A stretch of DNA of 64,000 nucleotides, from assembly GCA_905331295.1 (NCBI GenBank), contig CAJNYD010000023.1:186001-250000 (forward strand). The letters run 5' to 3'. Shown here one piece after another: positions 1 through 13,053 of the stretch. Both the position numbers and the translations under genes were made by a program. Every line of letters begins with the position of its first letter. Position 1 is the first letter of the stretch. The stretch comes from Rotaria socialis (taxonomy: Eukaryota). The notes under the pieces were generated by a model. That model was not told the DNA's origin and did no database searches. It saw nothing but the letters and a program-made list of their open reading frames with translations.

Positions 1-144
1 ACAATGAGTCAAATTCATGATTTCAAGAGAAAATATGATCAGCTCTATAATTTTTTTAATACTCAGATAAACCAACTAGTGCATAAAAAAAACAAATTTG
101 CACTTGAAGTAGAATATCTGACGAAAATCTGTAGAGACGAATAA
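1..144 (+). CDS. Possible 3' end of an upstream gene (unknown product, helical/coiled-coil-like)
   Basis: Frame 1 is open from the window edge for 47 codons (TMSQIHDFKRKYDQLYNFF...LTKICRDE) to TAA at 142-144. No family recognised. Confidence 0.3.
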   Translation, partial: TMSQIHDFKRKYDQLYNFFNTQINQLVHKKNKFALEVEYLTKICRDE

Positions 145-831
145 AGGGTATATATTGTTTGCGGATTTAGATGCATTTATTCCAACCCATTTGCAAAAAT
201 TCAATGGAAAGATTAAAGATTGAAATAGATTCAATCTTACTAGTCATTATTTAAGACCCATTACGAAAGAATATTTTCTTTGACCTCGATAGAATTGAAT
301 GGTAGTTTCAGATAGGAAAATCAAGATCGAATAGAACTAAAATGAATATTTAACAAGTCAATGATTTCTAACACACACACACACAACATGCTATCTTTGA
401 AACCAGTGATTGAAAAGTAATGTGTTCGTAGTTACTATCCGTTTGGTGATTGGTTTTTTTGTTTCTTCTTATCTTCAATCAATGTGCAATGAAAAGAACG
501 ATTGAAAAACCGATTGCCCCGAGAAAATTTTTTAAATTTTACAAACTTAATATATTATATATATATATATTGATTCAAGTAATAAGGTGAATGTTGATTC
601 TGTAAATTTCTCTGCAATTTCCTCACGTTAAGTGCAGCCCACATAGCTACTTCCGTTGAAACGACATTGAGAACAACTTGAAGTATTTTACACGAGATGT
701 AAGTAAACACTTATAAAATAGTCATGTCTCTCTCATGTGTCTACTTTTTTGTTTCTTCACTTATGTCTATTGTGTCACATAACTTCATACTATCAGCTGA
801 TGATATTTCACGTCAATTGTGACTGTTTAAT

Positions 832-1436
832 AGGCTAGGTACGAATTGCGACCGAAAATTAAGCCAATTAAGAAAAAAGTGGTCGCAATTAGGAATGAAT
901 AATTTTACGTTGATTTCATTTTTTATGCGATTCCGAATTGCGACCACTTTTGATTGATTAGTTATCGATGCATACGATGATGAGTTGTACTGTCATAATA
1001 ATGTTCATATATAAGCATAAAAAAAAAGATTGCTAGTGAATATCATACAATGGATACGAGATTTGTTTGGTCAACAACCGAAAGAGGTGAAAAAGCCATT
1101 CTATACAATAATTATTTATATAATTTAAAGAGAGAAAATAAGAACAGTTCATCACTCTATGTCTGCACTTTTAATTCGTGTTCTCGATCTATTACATTGA
1201 AAAATAATGTATAAAAGATACTAAAGATAGTAGTGATGGAAAATAATTTTTTTTCTGTAGTCGTTTTTTCAATAATTTTTTTTCAATTAATAAAGCGTTG
1301 ACTGATTGACAATTTAAAAAGTGGTCGCAATTTGGAATCGCATAGAAAATGAAATCAACGTAAAATTATTCATTCCGAATTGCGACCACTTTTTTCTTAA
1401 TTGGCTTATTTTTCGGTCGCAATTAGGAAGCTACGG
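832..1436. mobile_element. MITE-like non-autonomous DNA transposon with ~110 bp terminal inverted repeats
   Basis: 844-951 is a near-perfect reverse complement of 1317-1424. Each arm has three AATTGCGACC/GGTCGCAATT sub-repeats. No ORF inside. Extreme termini have diverged and the TSD is unclear. Confidence 0.85.
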
Positions 1437-3917
1437 TTTAATATAAATGTAACCAAAAAATAGTAATTATCGAAGTCTGATAATTAAAAATGAACCTAAC
1501 ACTAAGCAATAGCTTACTAGCGGTATATTGAACATACAAGATTTAACAAACAGGAGAGTCAGCAAAGTGGAAGATTCTTTTCTTGCCAGAAAATTTCTTT
1601 CATTATCTAAAGCCTTTTTCTCTTTGAGCAAAAAATATTTTTTATGCTATGCGCTCGAGTTCCTTTTTCATTGACATTTATGTTAAAAAAGAACCAAGTA
1701 CATGGCTAAAGCTACTTTTCATCGTTGTAATAATATATATATATATTTAAATGCCTACCTATTAATTACGATTGAATTATTAAAAAAAGGCGACAACCCT
1801 TGAAAAGGACGTGCTCACAAACAAAAGTCTACAATTGAATATAGATATAAAAAGACTGAATGACTTTAAAATAATTGACAGACAACAAAAAACATGTGAG
1901 CACATATTATGATGTGATGACAACAAATACAACGAATTATCTCGGACACAATGAAAATAAATAAATTGCAACATAAAGATATAATCTGAACATCTGATCG
2001 AAAAACACGCTTGAACACTACATAGTCGTTGTAACTCAATAGCTAATTGTATAATTGTCAACTAATAAAAGGTGTTTATACTGTTGTCATCCTCCATGAA
2101 TACTAAAATAAAGCTATAATTATTAAAAGAAGAAGATTCTGTCGAGATAAATTGTTCACTAAAATGATTATTATACTCGAGTAGATAATATATCTCGATT
2201 AGAGATAAAGATTACTAATAGTATCTTTCGTTTGAAGTGACAATGGATATGATACATACGCGATAGAATCATGAATTATATTGTTTTTATCTATGAAATA
2301 AATTTAATGAAGTCTCGATGATATGTGATTGAAATGAGAAGGTCATTGGTGTTATCGTTGACAAAGTACACATCTGCTATCTTTACTGACACATGCTAAT
2401 CGTCTAGTTTTGATTGAATAAATTGACATGAAATGTCCGCAGACAGTAAGAACATTTCGTTTGCACTGTTAATTGATATCAGAAGTTCTCATGGAAAACA
2501 TGATCAATTATCATTGAAATAATAAAACTATGTGTTGTTGGATGAAATTGAGTCCAGATGCCTCTGAGGATAAACAAGTTATCGAGGAGTATCAAGGATC
2601 AATTACTTGAGATTGATTTTTGTTTATTAATGAAAAGAATATCATTATTTATTTTTTTTTGCCAAGAATTTGCCCCTCTAAAATGCATCAAATGGCAACA
2701 GTTTTTAGACAATAAATTTCATAAATGAGCTATTATCTCAGAATAAAAAGATATATGATGCTGTGTTTTTTTTTGTATCAATAGAAAAATATCGGTATGT
2801 TATTGAAATATTTAGCATAAGGAAGTAAGAAATGTAATTTGATCATGTATCCTTGGAACCGATTGGTTGCCTTATTTTCTTATGGACCTGGATCAGCTAG
2901 TTGAAAGTCTCGTTAATTGACTGACGAAAAATCGGTCCATTTAATATATCCATCAACACAAGTGATATTTCTCTTTCGAGAAAATAATCTGTTCCCACAG
3001 TTCTACGAAGACATGCAATATAAAACGAACTATTATTTTAATTTGTCAAACTCTAAATACTAAGATCGAAAGAAGAACTCTTTCAAACTATTTCATCGCC
3101 ATATTGATGATTGATTAGATGCAACTTTCTTCAGTAATGATATGAATTGCTCACGTAAATTGACAAGCGAATACTGTTCAACTTTTATGAGTCTATTAAC
3201 GCAGATAGAAAGATAAACACGGCACTTCAATGTATGATTTCATGTAGTTACATTTTGTCATGTCATGTCAAGATATTATAATGATTCTGCGGTTCTAGTG
3301 ATTCGCATAGCTTTCTCAATCAACTAAAGTGACAATCAAGATAAAGCATGCCTGTCCGATTTGCAGGCAGTTAAACTCGAATTGATTTTGAGCGTTTGTA
3401 AGTAAAATTATTTTAACTCGAGATATATTTCAACATCGCAATAGATCTCATTAATGTTGTCACACATAATTCATAATATGAAGTGATCGTGCTAAATCTA
3501 ATGGTGACATCATTTCGAATGCCAATGATTGATGAATCAAAATATTTCAGCAAAAGAAATTGATTTAATCATATTCTATCAAAAACAATTCTCGGAAAGA
3601 TATTTGTGAAAGATCCAAGTTTGAAAGTTTATATATGAGAGAAGTATTAGAGAAATTTTAGCATTTAAGAAATGTGTAACACCACTAGGGAAATCTTTCG
3701 ATATCGGTCTAGAAATATTTTTTCTTGTCTAAGTCACTATATTTGACAAAAAAAAGAAAGCTATTCATTTTGATTTTAACATTCTTCAAAGAATCAAAAT
3801 TTTCCATTTCTGTTTTAAAATCGGACTCCAATTCACCGCCGTCATCCAGCAACATCTGTCGACGATGGAGGTTATATCTCCGACATATTGTTGATTTTAT
3901 CGTAAATTGTTTGGCTA

Positions 3918-3927
3918 GCTGACTCAT
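3918..3927 (-). promoter_or_regulatory. Candidate ARE/CNC-sMaf site (ATGAGTCAGC) upstream of PSMD1
   Basis: GCTGACTCAT on + matches RTGASnnnGC about 490 bp upstream of the PSMD1 ATG. A second near copy, GTTGACTCAT, is at 4209-4218. Confidence 0.4.
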
Positions 3928-4413
3928 TGTTAAAATTTCATTTTATCATGTTTTTTGTTAGACTTCATAATCTATTCGAAACTTTTTCTAGTCTATGAAC
4001 TTTCTGCCAATCAAAAGAGTCTTCTTAATCCAAGGAAAAAAGTTTCTCTTTGAATACCTTTTGCTAAGATGAAGGTCATTTGTTGCTTGTGCCATTTGCT
4101 ATTGGAATTTTCCACATTATTGTTTCTTTGATCAGAAAATGTAGTACTAATTGAATAATGCCGAATTCTTATATTTCAACAAGAATCGATTGGTTGACAA
4201 TAGTCTACGTTGACTCATCTAAAGAAATGTTCGAGATATTAATCATAAACATTTTCGAACCTATGCTGGATAGAATAAATAAATAAATGCTAGTTAAGTC
4301 TAATTGATGAATAAAACAACAAAATAACGTTGCTTTTAGAAAAAAAGTGTGTAATATTGTTTTTCTTGTATTTTAGAATTTACTAGATTAATATTGCACA
4401 AAAGTTGAACAAA

Positions 4414-7400
4414 ATGCAATTATCAATTACTTCAGCTGGTATGAAAATTGTAGCCATTTTCTTTTGTGTTTCTCATAAATGTAAGACATGTCATCTTATT
4501 TTCTTTCAGGTGGTATTTTATCATTACTCGATGAAAATACCGAAAAAGGTCCTGTCTATGCTCTTCATCGATTGAATGCAATTGTTGATGTTTTTTGGCC
4601 AGAAATTAGTGATTCAATTTCTAAAGTGTACATATTTAAATAGAAAACGTTTTTTGCTTTTTTAATTTTGATTTATTATTTCTAAACTCTTTAGTGAATC
4701 ACTTTACGAAGATGAAAATTTCAAACATCGAGAATTAGCTGCACTTGTTTCATCAAAAGTTTATTATCATTTGGGTTCACTCGATAATGCACTTACATAT
4801 GCTCTTGGAGCTGGACGTTTATTTGATGTCAATGATAAAACTGAATATGTTGAAACAATTATTGGTTTGTTTTCTTTCGAATTTATTTTATACGAATAAT
4901 CGTTCTTGTTGTTTTTCGTGTTTTAGCTCATTGCATTGATAAATATACGAAATTACAAGTAGAAAAATTTCAATCAGATGTTTCAGTTCAAGTACAAATC
5001 GATCAACGACTTGAAGATATTGTTAATCGAATGTTTCAACGATGTTTCGATGATAAAAAATATAAACAAGTTAGGATATAATTTATATCCACATGTATAT
5101 TTGAAATTTTTCTATTTGCTAGGCTATTGGTATCGCACTTGAAACACGTCGAATCGATATATTTGAAAAAGCTGTTAAAGAAGCTGTAGGATTAATTTCT
5201 TGATTTTTATTGATATCTATGAAGTGAGAAAAATGTTTTCTTTCTTTTTAGAATCATTCACCTGAAATGTTAGCATATGCATTTAAGATAACCATGCAAT
5301 TATTACAAAATCGAAAATTTCGTACAGTTGTTTTACGTACACTTGTTCGTCTTTATCTTAATCTACAAGTACCTGATTTCATTAGTGTTTGTCAGGTAGA
5401 AAAAGACTTTCTTATGCGGGTAGTTATCATCGTTTACAATATTTCGTTTTTATTTCATTAGTGTTTAATCTTTCTTGATGACCCTGATCAAGTAGCTGAT
5501 ATTTTACAAACACTTGTTCGTGGTACAACTGATCAAATGCTTATGGCCTATCAAATTGGCTTTGATTTATATGAAAGTGCTACACAACAATTTCTAAATA
5601 AAATTCAAGATGCTCTACGTGTGCAAGCACCTATCCCAATTATGTTTGATAGAACACAAGGAGCAATTAAAGATGAACCACAAGGGTAAGTTTTATTTTG
5701 AGGAAAAAAAACGAACAAATTCTAATAAATTTCTTTGTTTTTTAATATAAATAAATAGAACTGCTGGCAGTGAATCAATGGAAACAAATCAGGATGAAGC
5801 TAGTACACAATCAGTAGAAGAATCAACACCTAAAGATAAACAATCTTTACAACAAGAACATAAAGATAAAGTCAGCAATTTAGTATGTGCATATATATAT
5901 ATATATATATATTTTTGTTTTTGTTTTCGTTTGATATTATCTATTTCTATTTTCTATTCTTTAATTAAGTCTCAAGAAGAAAAACAATTACAAGAACGGA
6001 TTGAAAAATCATTAAGCATCCTTAGTGGTGAAATAACTATTGGTGTACATATGCAATTTCTTATTAAAAATAATCATGCTGATTTATTAATTCTTAAACA
6101 AATTAAAGTAAGACAATCGTGAATAGCTCATTTAGTTATTATATTTAATTGTTTCCATATAGGATGCTGTACGAAATTCAGTATGTCATACAGCTACTGT
6201 TATTGCCAATGGTTACATGTTATCTGGTACAACAAGTGATCAATTTTTTAGGTAGATTTCTATATAATTGTTCAAATTCTAATATAAATGATTAATATAT
6301 GTAGAGATAATCTTGAATGGCTTGCCCGTGCTACCAATTGGGCTAAATTTACAGCAGCTGCAAGTCTTGGCGTTATTCACAAGGGTCATATTAAAGAAGC
6401 ACTTAATTTAATGAGTGCCTATTTACCAAAGGATTCAACAGGTAATTCACCATATGCTGAAGGCGGTGGTTTATACGCACTTGGTCTTATTCATGCAAAT
6501 CATGGAGGTGATATTATTGATTATCTTATCAATCAATTACGTTCAAATTCAACACAAACGGATGTATGTGTTGAATAGTTTTTATTTATATAATAACATA
6601 ATAGATATTCAATTTTGTCTCGTTTTCTTTTCGCTAGACGGTTCGTCATGGTGCTTGCCTTGGCTTAGGCTTAGCTGCTATGGGCACAGCACGCAGCGAT
6701 GTATATGAATTATTAAAAACAAATCTATTACTTGAAGATGCTGTAGCTGGTGAAGCAGCTGGTTTAGCTATGGGTCTTGTTATGCTTGGTACTGGTTCAG
6801 CACAAGCTATTGAAGATATGGTTCAAGTATGTGAAAATATAATACGAAATGAATAGAACAATTATCAATTCTTATTTTAGTATGCTCAAGAGACACAACA
6901 CGAGAAAATTTTACATGGTTTAGCTATTGGTATTGCACTTGTGCAGTATGGCCGTTTAGAAGAAGCTGATGCACTAATCGAGCAACTTCAATGTGATAAA
7001 GATCCAATTTTACGTCGTTCAGCTATGTATACTGTTGCTATGGCTTATTGTGGCACAGGTAACAATGCAGCCGTACGCAAACTTCTCCATGTCGCTGTAA
7101 GTTTTCAAAGAAAACAAAATGCTTTTTCAGAAGAAAACGAAAAAATTGTTTTGTTTTTATTTAGGTAAGCGATGTAAATGATGATGTTCGACGATCAGCC
7201 GTTGAATCACTTGGCTTTCTTATGTTCCGGTAAGTAATAGAGTTTCGATTCTTTTTCAGTATAACTATGAATACTAATTGACTATACAGTACACAGTAAG
7301 ATCAATGAAATTCTACTTCATAATTGATAGACTCGTTAAAAACAACAAACAAACTAAGGATAAATCTGCTGATTTTACGACGATATTCTACGAATATCAT

Positions 7401-10400
7401 GTCAATGTGATGATAAAAATTTTCTTGAAATACTTTGTTTCGTGTCAGGAACGGAAAAAAAGTATTTTACATTTAGAATAGAGATCTCTAAGCGTTTAGT
7501 TTTCTTTTTAAGAATCTTGAATAGTTTATTTATATCTAGTATTTTTTTTTATGACATACGATTATGTACATCATTTTATTAGTATTCTTCCATGGCGAGA
7601 AAAAGATGTATCTATTTTACTATGTGATAGTTTATACATTTTCTTGATTCGGACATCATCAAAACATCTGCTTTTTGTCCACAGTAGCTAAGTACATCTT
7701 GTCAATATCGTTCTATGTGACAATGCAACAAAAGCTATGTTCTGCATCAATGTCAAAGTCTCTCTTCCGATTATTTATATCTTATTGAAAAAAGGCTCGT
7801 ACACGAAAAAATACATGAGGCTCAATGGGAAGTATTTTTCATAAAAATGCTCCCTTTTCTAACGCAAACGGAAACAGTTTTAAAAACTGATTCCGAGTAT
7901 GTTGTTTATTCTATTTTGTCATTCAACTAGAATGATATTCAGTACTAAGTAGTATTATGGCAATTTGTGGAGTGTTAATGTTTCATAATGCTTGAATCCA
8001 AAGAGCATAAATAATCGCAAACAAAAACAAATATCAAAATGTGAATGAAAATAATTATTTACTCATATAAGTACCTATCAGTGAAAGGCAACAAAACAAG
8101 ATACTTTGCCTTATTAATTGTTACAAGAAAAGAATACCAAATAAGCTCTAATTTAGAAATATATACATTCTAATCTTTTATTAATAGTTGTTGAAAGCAC
8201 GATTTGATTAACTTTGCATTTAATTGAATATTTTCAAAAGAAAATATGTCTTGCAATTCCTATTTTTCTAGTCATGAAAATTCTTCGCTCTACTAAATAG
8301 GCGTCAAATAGAAATGAGACTTACTGAATTAGAATCACCTCGTTCAACTCTATTAAACCACAATACAATGAAGGAAAGACATCTATTGGAATCTTGTTTC
8401 CATTAATGAAATGTTTCTGTTTCTGTTCGATTACGATTTCAATACTTATTTAACATTGTAAATAATAATAATACTAATGAATTCTTGTAAATAGTCCCTA
8501 ATGAACATCTTTCAAACATAGGAATAAGCATCGTCTCAAGAGAATTCATCATTGCTAAAACTCGCCTCTAAACAATTGTTATTTCTGTTTTTTTCTATAA
8601 ATCAAAATAGAAATGTCCATGATAATTAAATAGATATAATAATATATTTGTTTGATAATTTTTATTTCGTTTTACAATTAGTCTAAATTTGTCTTTTTTT
8701 TTTTTGGCAAATAACATAGAAGAAAACGAGATAAGAAAAAAGAGAAACATTCTCATGAGATTTTTGAAGTACATGCATGCATGTCGCATACAAAATTAGT
8801 AAGAAAAATAGATGTCTAATGCATAAAAATGTGTTTGTATCAGAAACATGCTTTCAGGCAATACAAATGAAATATAACATCTACACATTAACGTTGTATT
8901 ATTGATTTGCTGTTTGCATAGTTGACTACTAGTCTACTTGTTGTAACATGGTTATTTGTGCTTTATCACACACATATAACTCGTTTAATTATAATGAAAT
9001 TTACAGAACATTATAGAATGAGGAAATCAGAGAATATATACCTATGTGCTTTCAAGTAGAATAAGTGACCAGCTTGGTATGTTTACTAATATTAACATCA
9101 GAAATACAATACTTCGGTATCTATCGACAAGCAAAAGCTATTAGTATTGTCTTGCCGTCATGATTGTTTGAAGAGCAAATAATATAAAGGCCACTAAGGA
9201 TGCACAATATACGAGACAACTGTTGATGTTTTCTTTGTATTTGGTCTTGTCATTTAAACGAAAAACAAGCATATACAAAGTAGCATACAACTTGTATGAG
9301 AATTTGTCATTGATATTAATTAATATTATGTCGGTTTCTATCAGAGACCTAGGGTTAAATTGAATCTGGAAATCGTACATTGATAAAAATGAGACCTGCT
9401 TCAGTTTTCTCTGGAGATACACCCGTCTATTGAGGTCAATTAAGTCAAACGCATATATTTCATGAAAAAAAGAAGGAGAAAACTCATGTTTATAATGAAT
9501 ATTTTACTAGAACCGTGTTTAAGTCAATGAATAATTGCTAAGATTTATGAATTTTTATTTAGAAGAGATCTCTTTTTTTTCCTCCGTAGTCTTCTCGCAA
9601 TCTACTTTACTGAGAGATCATGGCTTTTATCTTATCTACTATGTTTATTTTATTCATGTCAAAAAGACTAAGTATGTAAAATCATTAGATAAGATTAATC
9701 TCAGTTGACACCTACATTCATTTGTTTGTTTGTGTTTAAATTGTGTTATAGTTAAGAAGAATTAACTTTAGCATTTTAATTATTTTTTCATCTAATCATG
9801 TTTGTTATTCTATATCGTTGATAAAAGTAAAACAGAAAGAAGAAGGAAGAAAAATGAAAGGAAACAACACAAAGGCTATCCAAATATTCTTATTTCATTT
9901 CGTTTCGTTTTTGTTTTGTTGTCTTGAACAATATACAGTTCTTAAAACTGGAAATGCTTATTATATTTTTATGATTGGTCAGAAGGTATCTTATTCAGTA
10001 ATTTTAATTCTTGTTGTTCGTAATATGTATTTAAATGGCGATGTTCATTTTTATGTACGCCGTTTCTTCCTTGAGGACGAGATCGATGTGAAGACATATG
10101 ACTTTGATGAGAAGACAGATATCGATGTCGTGAACTCGAATATACACAGTGACATTTCAGTAAAGCAATAAATTTCAAACGAAAATTACGATTAAAAATT
10201 GTATAAACAAGTGGATTAATTGTTGATGAAACATAACCAAGCCAAACGAAACCATTTAAGATATTTGGATTGACTGAACATCGTTGACAAACTCCTTGTA
10301 AAAGATTCAAAATACAAAATGGGAACCATGCAATAACAAATATAACAAAAACAACGCCAAGGACTTTAACTGCTTTTTGTTCATTTCGTACAGCTGAAGA

Positions 10401-13009
10401 TTTTGCCCGTGAAACGCCAACATTTGGTGTTATTGTTAGGCGATGCCAAGTTCTTCTTGTCGTTTTACGTGATGTTAAAAATTGTTTTGGTTGTGTCGAA
10501 GCAGTCAATGATATTGGATAAGAATTAGAAGAATCACGTCGACGCGAAGATGGAGAAGAACTGTTCGTTCTACAGCAACGAAAATATTTTAAATAGTTAC
10601 CATAAGATTCAGGCTCAGAAACAGTTTCTAAAGGTGGTTGTTTTTCTTGTTGCTGTTGCTGTTGATGATGACATGTACATTTTAATTGACAAAATGGATT
10701 TTTCGGACAATTATATTCAATATGTGGTGAAGTTTTTATTGATGATTGTTGTGTTAGATTTTGACCTATCACCCCTTTTTCTTCTATTTGAGACACTTGA
10801 TCGGTTCGATCTTGTTGTTGTTGAAGAAGAGTTGGTTGCTTTTGCTGTTGTAAACTTGTACTATCTGCACTTTCTTCGCTTAGTTCTAAACTCATTTGAT
10901 TAGCTCGTAAATGCATACGTCGTGATGCAAGAGCGGCTATGGGTGTCCATTGTGCAGCATTAACCTGAGCAGCAGCTGCAGCATCTCGTGTTGGTATATG
11001 TCGTCGAAGAAATGGTTTAGCAACTAAGCTAGCTGCACGAGCTAATTGTTCTTGAGCAAGTTGTGTTTGACACTGTCTTATTTGTTCTTTTAAACGGCGT
11101 ACCGTTAGTGTATACATAATAATAACTATAATCAATGGGATGACAAATGAAACAACACTACCGTAGATAACAAAAAATTGATTATTTATTAAACATTGTC
11201 CATCAATAAAAATATTATACGGATTGATTGCACCCAACACTATCATCGGGGATGATAATAGAATAGCAATTAACCAAACAAGTATAATCAATATATGAAT
11301 TTTACATTTTTGCTGCCGAGTACGAGTATTTAATGGATCATTTATTGCTAAATAACGATCAATTGAAATAACCACAATATGCATAATTGATGATGTACAT
11401 GAGCAAACGTCCAAAAATATCCATAAGTCACATAGAACTGGACCTAATATCCAAAAACCTTTGAAGAGAAAGAAAAACAAATCTTGTTTCGTCTTTATTT
11501 TGATTCTAATTCAGTTCTTTGCTATTTTTACCCGTAAATTCTTTTACAACAGCTAATGGAATGACAAGACCTGACACGAGCATGTCAGCAAATGCTAACG
11601 AAAAAAGAAACCAATTTGTACGATTCTGTAAACGTCGTTCAGTTGCTATTGCTAGACAAACAAGTAAATTACCAATAACACCAATAATGGAAAAAAATGA
11701 GAGAATAAGCGCTGGCCAATGGTAAGAAATTACAAGTATCGAATTTGAATACTGTTGAGTTGCCGAAAATATGAGGCCACTATTATCAATGAGAATAAGA
11801 GCAGTTGTGTCCTCGTCAGCGGCGACGGCGTCGGACGAGACATTTCCGTGCATCGAAAGTCATTCGTGTTTAAAAACCTTCGTATGCCTTGCCACTCGAT
11901 TGCGTAGCAGTGGAAAGAATAGAATGTAGCAAATATCTGAAAGCAGAATGACAGAGAAAGAGCGAGTGAGAGAGAGACAGAGAGAAAAAGACAGGAGATA
12001 CAGAAAAATATCCTGTTATTATTGCTACTATCGCCTTTCTGTCTCTCTCTCTCTCTCTGTGTATGGAAAACCGGAAAGAGAGAGAGAGAGAGAGAGGCAG
12101 ATATTTATCGAAAAAAAAACTATGTTAGTCGTATTAAGAAAAGACATTATTTTGATTAATCATCTATTCTTATAGAATTGCACAGATAAAGCTCTTTATT
12201 TAAGTACTCCATTATTTATTCTCAGCTTTTTTCCAATTACTACTACCTCAATGCGTATAGATATATTTACCCACGACACACAATGATTTTGATAACCATC
12301 GTCCGACTCAATTAATGGAATCAACCAATATAGATGACTGCCATTTTATGTGGGTGTTCCTGTCAACGGCAAAGGCTGACAAGGCACAAGCGAGAATAGA
12401 ATCTTCGGGAAAAAAAAACAAGTCGCTGATCATTGGAAGGAAGCAGTAGTTATAACAGTAGTTAGGTCGAATAGTTGCCCCACTCCCCCCCTTGTTGCTC
12501 CCTTTAAATTACTTGTGTTCTCTTAAAGAAATTGAGACGTAACAACAAGATAATATTTATATATGTGCGTGCACACATTCGTTGCTATAACTTTCACTTG
12601 TTCTCGGACTAATGGAGCATCTAATAGGCAAACGAGAAAAAGAAAATGAAAACGAGAGGAAAAGAGCAACACGCAAAAGATCGATTGATCGATTATTTCT
12701 AATTGACAAAAAACGAAAAGGAATGCAACTACATATTCTTTACATACAGTACCGTCTCCATTTTTTTTCCTATTAACATCAGTATGATATATATAATTAT
12801 AAATACATATAGATTTCAATCTTTCCAAGAGAAAAACAATATGTTTGTCGATTGGAAAAGAAAAAAGCACCTTGTAGATATACAAGATGTTTTTTATTTT
12901 AACACATTTTAATTTTCGCTATAGTCATATTGTCTCCTTCTTACACAAAAAAATGCTATATGATTGGACAAACCTAGTCATGCATAATCCCCCCTCCCGT
13001 CCCTCATCG

Positions 13010-13053
<44 letters not shown>

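Noticed and set aside
844..1424. Iterated AATTGCGACC motifs considered as a CRISPR-like array
   Set aside because: The repeats are 10 bp, inverted and part of TIRs. The context is eukaryotic and there are no cas genes.
3709..3927. 72-aa minus-strand ORF (MSQLAKQF...) and coding-looking fragments at ~2850-3150
   Set aside because: No recognisable family, no convincing exon chain, and stops in adjacent frames. Possibly decayed sequence, but unsupported.
9818..11725. Plus-strand ORFs 9818-10171, 10550-10903 and 11519-11725
   Set aside because: Antisense shadows of the receptor exons.
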